IMG/VR virus record: IMGVR_UViG_3300031703_000599
Span: 34,609-98,608 of that record
Reading direction: 5' to 3' (one strand)
DNA length: 64,000 bases
Source: a virus
The translations under genes were made by a program, and so were the position numbers. This document shows positions 16,214 to 26,238 of the stretch, piece by piece (the stretch's first letter is position 1; each line of letters begins with the position of its first letter). The notes under the pieces are model-generated. The model saw only the letters and a list, made by a program, of their open reading frames with translations, had not been told where the DNA came from and ran no database searches.

Positions 16214-17301
16214 TAAATTCCCCATCCAATCTTTTCCCATGGAACATCTTTGTTGCCAAAGTGTCCATACGTACAATGTGTACTGTATTCATGGAAGTTA
16301 AATAAGTCAAATCTATCAATTATGCCTTTAGGTGTTAGGTCAATGTTTTTACGGATAAACGCCTCTATGCTTTTACTGTATCCATTTGATTCAACATAGA
16401 TACTAGTAGGCTCTTTAATGCCGATTGCATAGCTTAACTGTATGTTACACCAATCTGCCATGTTGTCTGCTACTATGTTCTTTGCTAACCAACGTGCCAT
16501 ATACGCTGCACTACGATCTACTTTCGTAGGGTCTTTTCCAGAAAAAGCGCCACCGCCGTGAGGGGCATAACCACCGTAAGTATCAACGATGATCTTGCGG
16601 CCAGTAAGTCCAGAGTCGCCATCAGGCCCACCAATAACAAAGTTACCAGTAGGATTAAGATGCCATATTGTTTTATCATCTACTAAATCTCCTAATACTT
16701 CCATTGCTGCTTCGCGACATAATTGCTGTGCAGCTTCCATGTTGCCTTCTGTGTGTTGTGTACTAACAACAACTTGATCTATACGCTTAACCACTCCACC
16801 TGCGTACTCTACACTAATTTGCGACTTAGCGTCTGGTCCAAGTACTGTACCACGCTTTGTTTTTAAGTGCTTTAATACTTCGTGTGCATAGTAAATAGGT
16901 GCTGGTAAATAAGCATCATTGTCGTTACATGCGTAACCAAACATAATACCTTGATCGCCTGCTCCAAAATCATCTGTGCCTAATGCAATATCAGCGCTCT
17001 GTGAATGAATCTCATTGTAGATTTTTAATTTATCCCAATGGAATCCATCTTGCTCGTATCCAATTTCTTTAACTTTAGCGCGGATAATTGCTTCAACTTC
17101 ATCTCTTGACACGTTGAAGTTTTTTACTTCGCCTGCTACCGTTACGTGGTTAGTAGTTACAAGAGTTTCAACAGCAACACGAGTAGTTTCATCGCCTGCT
17201 TTAAATCCAGCATCCACTAGTGCGTCACTAATTTGATCAGCAATTTTATCTGGATGTCCGTCTGAAACACTCTCGCTTGTAAAAATGTAATTCTGGTTCA
17301 T
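16213..17301 (-). CDS. metK: S-adenosylmethionine synthetase
   Basis: FTSESVSDGHPDK, GAGDQG, GLTGRKIIVDTYGG, GGGAFSGKDPTKVDRS. Confidence 0.97.
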   Translation of the reverse strand: MNQNYIFTSESVSDGHPDKIADQISDALVDAGFKAGDETTRVAVETLVTTNHVTVAGEVKNFNVSRDEVEAIIRAKVKEIGYEQDGFHWDKLKIYNEIHSQSADIALGTDDFGAGDQGIMFGYACNDNDAYLPAPIYYAHEVLKHLKTKRGTVLGPDAKSQISVEYAGGVVKRIDQVVVSTQHTEGNMEAAQQLCREAAMEVLGDLVDDKTIWHLNPTGNFVIGGPDGDSGLTGRKIIVDTYGGYAPHGGGAFSGKDPTKVDRSAAYMARWLAKNIVADNMADWCNIQLSYAIGIKEPTSIYVESNGYSKSIEAFIRKNIDLTPKGIIDRFDLFNFHEYSTHCTYGHFGNKDVPWEKIGWGI

Positions 17302-17325
17302 ATTATGTTTCCTTTAATTTATTAT

Positions 17326-18432
17326 CTATTTAGAAAAGACGTATACGCCTTCCCATTTTTCTCTTCCTGCAAGCTTGTCGTTGCCTGCGCCTGGTCTTGT
17401 GTTAAGCATCATTTTAATTGTATCTACATGCTTGAACCCAAGTTGTTCTGCTGTTGCTATCCATTTGTCAACTACTTTAAACTCTTCCTTTGTAGTTTTG
17501 TAGTCTGCAATATTAGTAGCAAATATTCCATCTTTGTTAAGACCATTGTAAATCTTTTTCATGGTTGGAACAGTGTATCCTTCGTACCATTCATCTAATG
17601 TATTAAATTGTACCATACACTGTGTAGGTTCATCACTGTACTTTTCTAAGTTAAAGTAAGGTGGGCTACTAAATGCACAATCTATGTCTTCTGGTTGAAA
17701 GTCTTGACTTGTTTCACAGTACAATTCTGCCTTTTTGCCTAGCAGTTCGTTCATGTATTCTAAATACTTAAAAGTTTCGGTGTTTGGATCTGTGCCTATG
17801 TATTTATACCCCATGTTGCTGCTACTTATACCTAATAGCCTGCCGCCATATCCACAACTGTAATCGTACACGCGGCCCCACATTACTGGACACAATCGTT
17901 CTACTATAGCACGTGCATTTTGTGCTTTAAAGTTAGTAACATTTTCTCCTGTTACTAGTTCTAAACTCCTACGCATTGCTGTTGGGTAGACTAATCCATT
18001 GCCTTTGCGGAATTCAAAACAAATACGTATTGCTCGTTTCAGTTTAGCATCATCATAAAACCTATCCTTTAAACTGTTTGATCCTCTACCCTTTGGTTCT
18101 GCTGTTTGCATATTGGTAAAGATAAAACGATTTATTGTTTGTCCTGCATTGTTGCCCAGGCCTACTTTGTTGTTGTCGACATTGTTATAATTGGTTTTAC
18201 GAAACTTGCGAATAGCATCATGCAGTCCTTGTTCAGTATAGTATATAATAGGTACGATGCCGCGGGTCCTGTACAGATTAAACACTGCATCAATTGTGCC
18301 TGCTGGATCCTTGTCGTATGTGTCATTTGTATGCTTGTCAAACTCTGCATACAAATCTTCATATCCAGTAAATTCATCTGCAAAGATATATTCAGGTTGT
18401 ATATTCCAGAACTTATGTATTGTATCTATCAT
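17326..18432 (-). CDS. DNA methyltransferase (amino-methyltransferase, N4-C/N6-A type)
   Basis: DYSCGYGGRL motif I; FSSPPYF catalytic motif IV. Confidence 0.8.
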   Translation of the reverse strand: MIDTIHKFWNIQPEYIFADEFTGYEDLYAEFDKHTNDTYDKDPAGTIDAVFNLYRTRGIVPIIYYTEQGLHDAIRKFRKTNYNNVDNNKVGLGNNAGQTINRFIFTNMQTAEPKGRGSNSLKDRFYDDAKLKRAIRICFEFRKGNGLVYPTAMRRSLELVTGENVTNFKAQNARAIVERLCPVMWGRVYDYSCGYGGRLLGISSSNMGYKYIGTDPNTETFKYLEYMNELLGKKAELYCETSQDFQPEDIDCAFSSPPYFNLEKYSDEPTQCMVQFNTLDEWYEGYTVPTMKKIYNGLNKDGIFATNIADYKTTKEEFKVVDKWIATAEQLGFKHVDTIKMMLNTRPGAGNDKLAGREKWEGVYVFSK

Positions 18433-18530
18433 GTATTTCTAGCTACAGTCCTTTTCTTCTCAATTGATCATCTAAATCTAAAATAGGAGAATTCATTGCT
18501 CGTTTATGTGCTGGATTCTCATACTCATCT

Positions 18531-19427
18531 TTATGTACCCCAGGCATTTCCGAATAAGCTGATGTGTAGTCTAGGGGTGAATCTCCATCCTTTTTCCATG
18601 CAGATGTTAGCGACTTCTTGAACATTGAGATTATACTCTTCCGAACGTCCTCCCATTGGCATAAGATATACTGGACACTCGATTCCGGCATCACGATACG
18701 CTTGAACAGCCCTGCCAGCTTCATCAATATCTGCACGATCAGCAACAACAAATTTAAAATACAAGTTACTACCGTTAACGTCGGAATACCCACGAGCAAC
18801 ACTAGGCTTAATAGCATCCTCCCAAGATTCTCCGCTAGAGGAGAGCTTAGGCGAACAACTCCATGTGACTGTAATGCTGTTATTGTTACTGAGATAATTA
18901 ACGAAGTCACTATGAAGAGACTGAGTAGTGTTTGTTTCAAATGTGACATTTTTTAAATCCTGCATCCGTGGGTGATCAAACAGCTCTACGTATAGTCGTT
19001 GCCAAGCAAGCAAAGGTTCGCCACCGGTTAAAATTAAATGGACATCTTGTCCATTTTCCATTGTCCACTTACCTTCTGGTGTAAGCGATAATAAGTGTTC
19101 TACTACTTCATCGACTTCTGCTTGTCTATTAAATTCTTTAAACTCAGGATATATGCTTGCGTAGGTATCACATCCAGTATGAATAATAGGCAAGTCTTCA
19201 AACACCTTTGTAGTCTCATGTACTTTTGCATCAATTAATGCTAATACTTCTTCGTTGTAGCGTTGACCATTTGCATGCTTCTCTGCACGGCTAGGTTCGT
19301 TCTTGCCTAGTCCAAAGTTCATGCATCGAAAATTACAACCGAATGTACGCAAGAATACACTAGGTACTCCTACATATTTGCCTTCGCCTTGTACGCTATA
19401 AAATGCTTCGCTATATCGTAGTTTCAT
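18531..19427 (-). CDS. queE: 7-carboxy-7-deazaguanine synthase (radical SAM)
   Basis: EAFYSVQGEG, FLRTFGCNFRC...(insert)...CDT, TGGEPL, ETN, SPKL, RLH. Confidence 0.85.
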   Translation of the reverse strand: MKLRYSEAFYSVQGEGKYVGVPSVFLRTFGCNFRCMNFGLGKNEPSRAEKHANGQRYNEEVLALIDAKVHETTKVFEDLPIIHTGCDTYASIYPEFKEFNRQAEVDEVVEHLLSLTPEGKWTMENGQDVHLILTGGEPLLAWQRLYVELFDHPRMQDLKNVTFETNTTQSLHSDFVNYLSNNNSITVTWSCSPKLSSSGESWEDAIKPSVARGYSDVNGSNLYFKFVVADRADIDEAGRAVQAYRDAGIECPVYLMPMGGRSEEYNLNVQEVANICMEKGWRFTPRLHISLFGNAWGT

Positions 19428-19462
19428 TTACTATACCCTTTTAATACATTACATATTAGTTA

Positions 19463-19491
19463 ATTATACTTTAAAACTTTGTGTTTGTCAA
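19463..19491 (-). promoter_or_regulatory. sigma70-type promoter for queE-MTase-metK
   Basis: TTGACA-N17-TATAAT. Confidence 0.7.
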
Positions 19492-19504
19492 CTAAAAAAA
19501 CAAC

Positions 19505-19876
19505 TTATGTGATTAAATTGCTCCATTTCTTTAGCTTATTCTTTTTTACATATACACGTTCGTGTAATTCTTCGCTTGTTACTAGCCCATGTTCTGTCAT
19601 TAGATCAATCATGCATAGCACATCGCCTGCTTCTTCTACTAATTTTGTATGCCAGTTGCTATCAATTTGATCAGCTGAATCATACTTTCGCATCACCTTC
19701 ATTGCTACTTGTGTAAGCTCACCGCATTCTTCTGCTGTAATGACCATAAGTTGTTGTAGCGCATTAATAGGACTTTCTAATTTATTATTTTCGTTTAATG
19801 TTTTTGCTAATTCGGCGGCCGATTTAATGCATGCAGAAAAAGCGTCATCTTTTAGTTTAGTCATTTGATAATCCAA
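19505..19876 (-). CDS. MazG-like nucleotide pyrophosphohydrolase
   Basis: EECGEL...EEAGDVL all-alpha NTP-PPase motif. Confidence 0.8.
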   Translation of the reverse strand: MDYQMTKLKDDAFSACIKSAAELAKTLNENNKLESPINALQQLMVITAEECGELTQVAMKVMRKYDSADQIDSNWHTKLVEEAGDVLCMIDLMTEHGLVTSEELHERVYVKKNKLKKWSNLIT

Positions 19877-19962
19877 TCCATTGTTAGCCAGTCAGTATCT
19901 TCTGGCATCATTTCAACTTTGTCGCCGTGAAGTTCTTGTACGTCCACTACCATGTCATTCTC

Positions 19963-20172
19963 CTAGTGTAATATTCTATTTGCTGTTAGTGTAGCAGATG
20001 CTTTGTCACCATATAGTGTGGCTAACATCATTAAAATAGCGTCTGGTAATTGGTCCCAATCTTCAATATCATATGGTGCATAGATACCTTGAAACGTTCC
20101 TTCTGTGTCGACTACTATTGCAAACTCATTATCTTCTAGTGTTTCTTTGTCCCAAGATTCATTGTCTGTCAT
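19963..20172 (-). CDS. hypothetical acidic protein
   Basis: Likely start MTDNESW within ORF 19963..20214. Confidence 0.5.
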   Translation of the reverse strand: MTDNESWDKETLEDNEFAIVVDTEGTFQGIYAPYDIEDWDQLPDAILMMLATLYGDKASATLTANRILH

Positions 20173-20202
20173 TGTATTTCCTTGTCTGTCATTCATATCT
20201 AT

Positions 20203-20231
20203 ATTATAGTACATATACTGATAAATGTCAA
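20203..20231 (-). promoter_or_regulatory. sigma70-type promoter
   Basis: TTGACA-N17-TATAAT. Confidence 0.7.
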
Positions 20232-20238
20232 GCTATTA

Positions 20239-21183
20239 CTACAACTGCTTCTGTTCAAACAAACTGCTAACGCTTTCTTCGTTGCTAACGCGACGAATAG
20301 CTTCGCCAAACATTGTTGCTACACTTACAACACGTGTCTTTACGTGATTTGCTGGACATTTAAACATGATACTATCTGTTATCACTAGTTCAGTTAAGCA
20401 ACTGTCTTCCACTCGTTGACACGCTTTACCCGTCAGTACGCCGTGTGTTATGTACGCCCTTACACTAAGTGCGCCCGCGTCCATAATAGCTTGTGCCGCG
20501 TTACAGAGCGTCCCACCGCTGTCGATAATGTCATCTACTAAGATGGCATGTTGTCCTTTAACTTCGCCAATTAGTCCCATTACTTCGCTTTCACCTGCAC
20601 GTGGTCGCCTCTTGTCAACAATAGCAATGTCACCGCCGAACATGTCTGCGAACTTACGTGCGCGTACTGTGCCGCCTGCGTCTGGGCTTACAAACACTGT
20701 GCCTGCTGTAGTGTCTACGTTATACTTAATGTCTTTAGCAAAGGCAATGCGCGATGTTAAATCATCAACTGGAATGTCAAAGAAACCTTGTATTTGTCCT
20801 GCGTGTAAGTCCATTGTAAGCACTCGATGTGCGCCTGCTGTTGTTAGTAAGTCTGCAACTAACTTCGCTGTAATAGGTGTACGTGATGCGCTCTTACGGT
20901 CTTGTCGTGCATACCCAAAGTACGGAATAACTGCTGTGATACGGCTTGCACTGCTGCGTTTAGCTGCATCAATCATAATTAGAAGTTCCATTAGATTATC
21001 ATTTACAGGAGTACTAGTGCTTTGAACAATAAACACATCTTCGCCTCGGATGTTCTCGTTAAATTCTACACTCGATTCGCCATCTGCGAATGTTTTAATT
21101 GTAGCTGGTACCAGTGTTGCAAAACATCTATCTGCAATTAAATTGGCCATTTCTATATTGCTGTTACCTGTGATAATCTTCAT
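20239..21183 (-). CDS. prs: ribose-phosphate pyrophosphokinase
   Basis: [45 protein letters not shown]. Confidence 0.97.
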   Translation of the reverse strand: MKIITGNSNIEMANLIADRCFATLVPATIKTFADGESSVEFNENIRGEDVFIVQSTSTPVNDNLMELLIMIDAAKRSSASRITAVIPYFGYARQDRKSASRTPITAKLVADLLTTAGAHRVLTMDLHAGQIQGFFDIPVDDLTSRIAFAKDIKYNVDTTAGTVFVSPDAGGTVRARKFADMFGGDIAIVDKRRPRAGESEVMGLIGEVKGQHAILVDDIIDSGGTLCNAAQAIMDAGALSVRAYITHGVLTGKACQRVEDSCLTELVITDSIMFKCPANHVKTRVVSVATMFGEAIRRVSNEESVSSLFEQKQL

Positions 21184-21199
21184 GCTTATTTCCTTTTTA

Positions 21200-21505
21200 T
21201 TATGTTGCAAGTTTTTCAAGAAACTGTCGTTGTTCCCATGTTTTATGCTGTTCTATATTCATTGATGCTACTACAACATACCGTGTGCGCATCGTAGCGG
21301 CTTCCTTGTGACTGTGTATACTTAATGCCATTCCGTTATCTATAAAGAACTCACTGTCTGGGTTTTTGAGAAACTCTATCATAATAGCACGATTGGAATA
21401 AAACTTATCAGCGTAGCCTTTGTATTGGCGATCTCTGAATTCGTCTGCTTGTACCTCAAACGTCCATATTTTGTACTGTTTTACAATCTGGGTCTGGTGA
21501 TTCAT
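21200..21505 (-). CDS. hypothetical protein
   Basis: ORF track. Confidence 0.55.
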   Translation of the reverse strand: MNHQTQIVKQYKIWTFEVQADEFRDRQYKGYADKFYSNRAIMIEFLKNPDSEFFIDNGMALSIHSHKEAATMRTRYVVVASMNIEQHKTWEQRQFLEKLAT

Positions 21506-21814
21506 ATCATTTTCTCTTACATATTAGTTGTAGGAAGTGCTAGTTAACCAAGGTACAACACACTTCCACTAGCAGGTGTGTGAGGGGTTGTAATCCAAGC
21601 GACAGCGGAAAAGAGCCACCTCCTAGATTATTAAATTATAAAGATTCGTTGTCGGTTTCTTGTGTAGCTAACCATTCAAGAAACGCTGGAATCTTTTCAC
21701 ATTTGTCTTCGTGTTCAGCTAACATGTCTTCTGTGTATAGCTTATTACATGCTACACATTCGTATATATCATTTTCTTTGTATACACGATGGCGTGGTGT
21801 TAGCTCTAACGACA

Positions 21815-22372
21815 TTATTTTCTATCCCAGTGTGCGTGACATCTAGGTTCGTATGTATCAGCGCCGCCAACATTAACTCGTCCACCTGCCTTTCTCAATC
21901 GTTGTGTCTTTCCTGCTGTATTTCCGCAAACGCTGCAAAATGATGTAATTTTATAAACACTATCTGCTAACGCGAGCATACGTGCTGTGGTATCAAATGG
22001 TACACCGCGACTGTCTTGATCAAGCCCTGCGCATACAAAGTTAACACCTTGTCTTAATCCCTCTTCTACAAACCATAATGTTTCTTTTGAATCAAAGAAC
22101 TGAACTTCGTCAATGAATACAGTATGAAAATTGTATGGCTTAATTGTGTAGTTGTCTTTAACTAATTCTAAATCAATTACTGCTACTGCATCATGCCTTA
22201 ATTGATTGTGTGTTACTATACTGTTTGCATCATATCGGTCGTCCACTATTGGTTTAAGTACCAATGCTTTACTTCCTCCATGTTCTAAAAAAAGCAGTCG
22301 CTTTAATAGCTCACTGCTTTTTCCTGCAAACATTGGGCCAGCAATGACCTCAAGTTTACCTCTTGTGTACAT
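21815..22372 (-). CDS. tdk: thymidine kinase
   Basis: GPMFAGKS, IDEVQFF, AGLDQD, CSVCG...YEPRC zinc site. Confidence 0.95.
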   Translation of the reverse strand: MYTRGKLEVIAGPMFAGKSSELLKRLLFLEHGGSKALVLKPIVDDRYDANSIVTHNQLRHDAVAVIDLELVKDNYTIKPYNFHTVFIDEVQFFDSKETLWFVEEGLRQGVNFVCAGLDQDSRGVPFDTTARMLALADSVYKITSFCSVCGNTAGKTQRLRKAGGRVNVGGADTYEPRCHAHWDRK

Positions 22373-22375
22373 TAA

Positions 22376-25123
22376 TTAAAATCTCCATTTTAAGTTAACA
22401 CCAGCCGTTGTAACTGTGTTGTCTGTTCCTGCATAGTTAAGACGTGCTTCTACGTGTGTCTTAACTGTTACGTTCTCTGCAATGCTAAAGTTACGAAACA
22501 ATCCAATGTCAACTTCACGCTTTGTAGCTGATAAGCTACTATCACTGCTCATGTATTCTACATCGCCTGTTGCACTAACTGTGCTAGGTGTAGTAAACGT
22601 TGCGTTTCCGTTTGTAATAGCTACTGGAACACTTGCGACAAATCCATAGTCTCCGTTTTCTGCTTGTTGTTTAATACCCAATGTTGCACTGTTGCTAATT
22701 AGGTTACTAGCTGACTCCATTAAACTGTTGCCTACATTTAACTTAGTGATACCCATTGTTGCATTTCCAAACAGTTGTGTATTTTTACCTAAGTCGTAAT
22801 TAACATTGTATCCGGCATACACAGTTGTAGCGCCAGTAACATCCATTAATGGATTACTTGCAACATTGCCCAGGAATGATCCATCTTCTGCTACCATTCC
22901 AAACATGAAGTTATCCACTGTTGTTGCAAGGCTAATGCTAGCATCGTCAACGTTAACTGCAACTGCTTCTGTATTTATAATGTGTCCGCCGCCTAGTCCA
23001 AAGTAATAGTCTGGAGCAAAGCCTGCAACTGCTGCTTGTGTTGGATCTGCTGTACGTGTGTCTGCTGTTGTTAGCATACTATTCCCATCCATAAAGAAGT
23101 TACGATCATAATCATCAACTACCATCAAGCTTGAGATGCTTGCAATATGGGCTCCTCCGCTCATAGCAAACGCGCCACTTCCTACATTACTACGAGCTCC
23201 TTCAATGCGTCCGCTAGTTGGAATACCAATAGCGCCTTGTGGAGTGGTTGCATTGTCTAAGTCGAGCAATCCCTGTCCGTGTACATTCACATCATAGTTT
23301 GTAAGATTCTTGTCTGCTGTGTTCAATAGCAATTTAACAATGTTCTCACCTTTCATGTATGGCCACATCTGATGAATAATACCAACTGCGCCAGTGACTG
23401 CTGGCGCTGCCATTGATGTGCCGCTGTTTGTGCGGTACTCGCCATTTTTATCTGTGCTAGCAACATACTGACCTGGTGCCATAATGTACCAATCACTAAT
23501 ACGTCGATTGCTGTTACATGCGCCTGCTTCATTGAATGAGAAGCACATAGTACCTGCTTTGTTACTAGCTGTAGCAATTGCGTCTAATCGTGTATCCCAA
23601 CTTCCTACTACAATTACCTTACCGCCAAGCAACAACTCGCCCGCTTCGTTTTCAGCAATTGCATAGTGTGCTGGAAACGTTGGAGTTGCTAATCGTTGAT
23701 TGCCTGCAGCCATAACTACTACTGCTTCGTTGCCGCTCATTGAGTTAACAATAGACGGAAGCATATAGCTTGTATCAGTCATTAAGTTTGAGTAGCCTTG
23801 TGTAGCATACTGACTACGTGTATCTGTGCTACGAAACACACCTGCTTCGTTTGTTGACACGATGCTCTTCTTGTATGTACGATCTACGTTATAGTTACCA
23901 CTGACGTTAATTGCATCAGCTCCGTTGTTTACTGCCCATTCAATTCCTTTGCCCAGTACGCTCATGTCGTAATAGCCGCTGTTGGTTGCAACCTTACCAA
24001 TTAATAAGTTTGCATCATACGCGACACCTGTTGTGCCGACTCCGTCAAGTGCTGCAGCTGCAATGCCTGCTACGTGTGTTCCGTGTGAATACTTATTCTC
24101 ATCTTGTATAGTTTCCTGCCAAGCTTCGCCGTCGTATTCAGCGTTACATGCTCTCAAGAAACACTTTGATGCTAATATGCGGCCTTCAAACTCTGCATGG
24201 TCAATATCAATGCCTGTGTCAAGAATAGCTAGCGTACTACCTTTGCCTGTCCATCCGCGGGCCCATGCTGTGGGCGCATTAATAGCAGATAAGTTATTAG
24301 CACTAAGGCTTAATGATCTATTGATGTAGTCTTGGTTAATTCGACTGTTCATGTTGTGGACAGCATCACTGTATGCTTGTGTGCCAGCATAGTTAACATC
24401 GTCACGTGCTAAGTATTCGTCTACTGTTAGCACATTAGCTGTTTTAATTCCCATTCCGTCTAGTTGAGTCTCTACTACTACTTCTTCAACTACTATAACA
24501 GGACGCTCTAATTCATACGTGCGTACAAATTCACGTTCTTCTACTTTACGTGTTGTATTTTCTGTGCGAGTAGCTTGTAATTCTGTGCTTACAGATGTTA
24601 CTGTGCTGTCATCACTAAAGTGTGTCGTAGTAAAGATTCCCTTTTGGTCTTTGTACGTAACAACAGATGTGTAAACAATTGTTACATCAAGGTATACATT
24701 TACAGTGTAATCAATTGTTTCTTCTACTACAGTTTCTGTACGTTGCGCTGTTTCTGGTGCAGCTTTTTGTTGAGTAAAGTAATTATATGTGTAAGATTTG
24801 TGTGTCTCAACTGGCTTAACAGTATCTGCGGTGATACCTGCTAATAATTGGAAACGTGCTACTTCTGCTTTGTACCACTCAAATTGTTTAACAATAGCTT
24901 TTGCCCATGGGTAATGCCCATACTTCTCAACAAGAGGAGCAAAGTTTTTTACTGCACGTTCGTAGTTATGAACCATGCTCTTAGCAAAACTTACTTGGCT
25001 GCTGCCAGTGAGGCCTTGTGCATATGAATAGTATGAGTAATTAGCAACAGCTGGTGTTGCTGTGCCTAGTACAACAGCTAGTGCAAACACGCGAGCTACA
25101 GTTGTAAGTAGTGATTTCTTCAT
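22376..25123 (-). CDS. secreted S8 subtilisin-like serine protease with a probable C-terminal beta-barrel
   Basis: Signal peptide; ILDTG, HGTHVAG, AAGN, SGTSMAAP; ends GVNLKWRF. Confidence 0.9.
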   Translation of the reverse strand: MKKSLLTTVARVFALAVVLGTATPAVANYSYYSYAQGLTGSSQVSFAKSMVHNYERAVKNFAPLVEKYGHYPWAKAIVKQFEWYKAEVARFQLLAGITADTVKPVETHKSYTYNYFTQQKAAPETAQRTETVVEETIDYTVNVYLDVTIVYTSVVTYKDQKGIFTTTHFSDDSTVTSVSTELQATRTENTTRKVEEREFVRTYELERPVIVVEEVVVETQLDGMGIKTANVLTVDEYLARDDVNYAGTQAYSDAVHNMNSRINQDYINRSLSLSANNLSAINAPTAWARGWTGKGSTLAILDTGIDIDHAEFEGRILASKCFLRACNAEYDGEAWQETIQDENKYSHGTHVAGIAAAALDGVGTTGVAYDANLLIGKVATNSGYYDMSVLGKGIEWAVNNGADAINVSGNYNVDRTYKKSIVSTNEAGVFRSTDTRSQYATQGYSNLMTDTSYMLPSIVNSMSGNEAVVVMAAGNQRLATPTFPAHYAIAENEAGELLLGGKVIVVGSWDTRLDAIATASNKAGTMCFSFNEAGACNSNRRISDWYIMAPGQYVASTDKNGEYRTNSGTSMAAPAVTGAVGIIHQMWPYMKGENIVKLLLNTADKNLTNYDVNVHGQGLLDLDNATTPQGAIGIPTSGRIEGARSNVGSGAFAMSGGAHIASISSLMVVDDYDRNFFMDGNSMLTTADTRTADPTQAAVAGFAPDYYFGLGGGHIINTEAVAVNVDDASISLATTVDNFMFGMVAEDGSFLGNVASNPLMDVTGATTVYAGYNVNYDLGKNTQLFGNATMGITKLNVGNSLMESASNLISNSATLGIKQQAENGDYGFVASVPVAITNGNATFTTPSTVSATGDVEYMSSDSSLSATKREVDIGLFRNFSIAENVTVKTHVEARLNYAGTDNTVTTAGVNLKWRF

Positions 25124-25160
25124 AATATGTACCTTCTTCGTTTATTAACAATATACATAT

Positions 25161-25189
25161 ATTATAGCAATAAATTGTGATGTTGTCAA
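25161..25189 (-). promoter_or_regulatory. sigma70-type promoter for the S8 protease
   Basis: TTGACA-N17-TATAAT, TG-extended. Confidence 0.7.
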
Positions 25190-25203
25190 CCGAAATGTCT
25201 TGG

Positions 25204-25776
25204 TTATTTTGAATTATCGTGGAAAGAAAATGTCTGGCGTGTTATGCCAACATCTGTGTATTCGCTTTTTAATGTTTTCATTTCATATTCAACACGAACT
25301 AGTAATAGGTCCTCGTTGTCAATGTTTACAAATGGTAGTTGTAGTTTATTAATGTCAAACTTATCAGCGTCTACATAACATGTAAAGAATGTGCCTTTTT
25401 GTTCCCGCATACCTTTTACATAGTATCCCAGTGGCAAATCTTTAATATGCATTGCAAATCTAGGTTCGTCTGGAACTGTGCTACTTGCATAAACAGTGTT
25501 GTCGTTTTCATCAAATACATGCACATGTATGTGACACGGCCGAGGACCATTTGCATTTAGCAGTTGGCCTCTTTTTGATTTTATCATTCCTAAGAACAAC
25601 GGATCATCATCATCATTTGCTGGATTCTTTCCATCATCTGCATATGCATTTTCAAACAAATGATCTCTTACAACTTCTCTGTCCTCGAATGTACTCCAGA
25701 AGTTATACTGTGGTTCGTTGATACGTCTAATCCAGCAATTAGCACCGTATCCATTTATAATAATTTTGTAGCGCAT
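25204..25776 (-). CDS. hypothetical phage protein
   Basis: ORF track; EQKGTFF...FDINKL segment; ATAAATA at 25782-25788. Confidence 0.65.
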   Translation of the reverse strand: MRYKIIINGYGANCWIRRINEPQYNFWSTFEDREVVRDHLFENAYADDGKNPANDDDDPLFLGMIKSKRGQLLNANGPRPCHIHVHVFDENDNTVYASSTVPDEPRFAMHIKDLPLGYYVKGMREQKGTFFTCYVDADKFDINKLQLPFVNIDNEDLLLVRVEYEMKTLKSEYTDVGITRQTFSFHDNSK

Positions 25777-25794
25777 AATTGTATTTATTCACTA

Positions 25795-26238
25795 TTAAAT
25801 GTGTGGTGATGGGTCTTCTGATAGTTTGTCTAGGAACTTCTGTTGCTCAACTCGTTTGTTTACATCTATGCCTAATTCTTCCAGTGCAGTTGCAAATACA
25901 GTTTTATACAATTCTAGCTCGTCAATCATTGCTCCAACTTTTATACTTTTACCTTTTATTGTAATTGTTAAGTCGGTTTCGTCAAGGCCATCTTGTAGAC
26001 TACTTGATGTTAATTGACCAATTGAAACATTACTAGCGGTATTTACGTTGCTGTTGCCACTAGTTATAGTAGAGGTTGCCCACGTAGCCGAAGGCGTGCC
26101 AAGGCTAACATTACTTGTCATGTTAGCACCGTTGCGTTTTTTTGATGCATCAAGATCTATTTCGTAATCACTTACGTCTGGTTTGCTGGCTGTAGTGATG
26201 CCGTCAGTTGGTGATGCCCAAGGCCAGGTGTCATCCAT
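25795..26238 (-). CDS. hypothetical protein
   Basis: ORF track. Confidence 0.55.
   Translation of the reverse strand: MDDTWPWASPTDGITTASKPDVSDYEIDLDASKKRNGANMTSNVSLGTPSATWATSTITSGNSNVNTASNVSIGQLTSSSLQDGLDETDLTITIKGKSIKVGAMIDELELYKTVFATALEELGIDVNKRVEQQKFLDKLSEDPSPHI

Noticed and set aside
18443-18949. 168-aa hydrophobic ORF overlapping queE
   Set aside because: Mostly an off-frame shadow of queE; at most the last ~30 codons (MPGVHKDEY...) form a real small gene
20450-21025. 191-aa plus-strand ORF and similar antisense ORFs over metK, S8, proW and tauD
   Set aside because: They lie antisense to well-supported conserved genes and show no recognisable motifs
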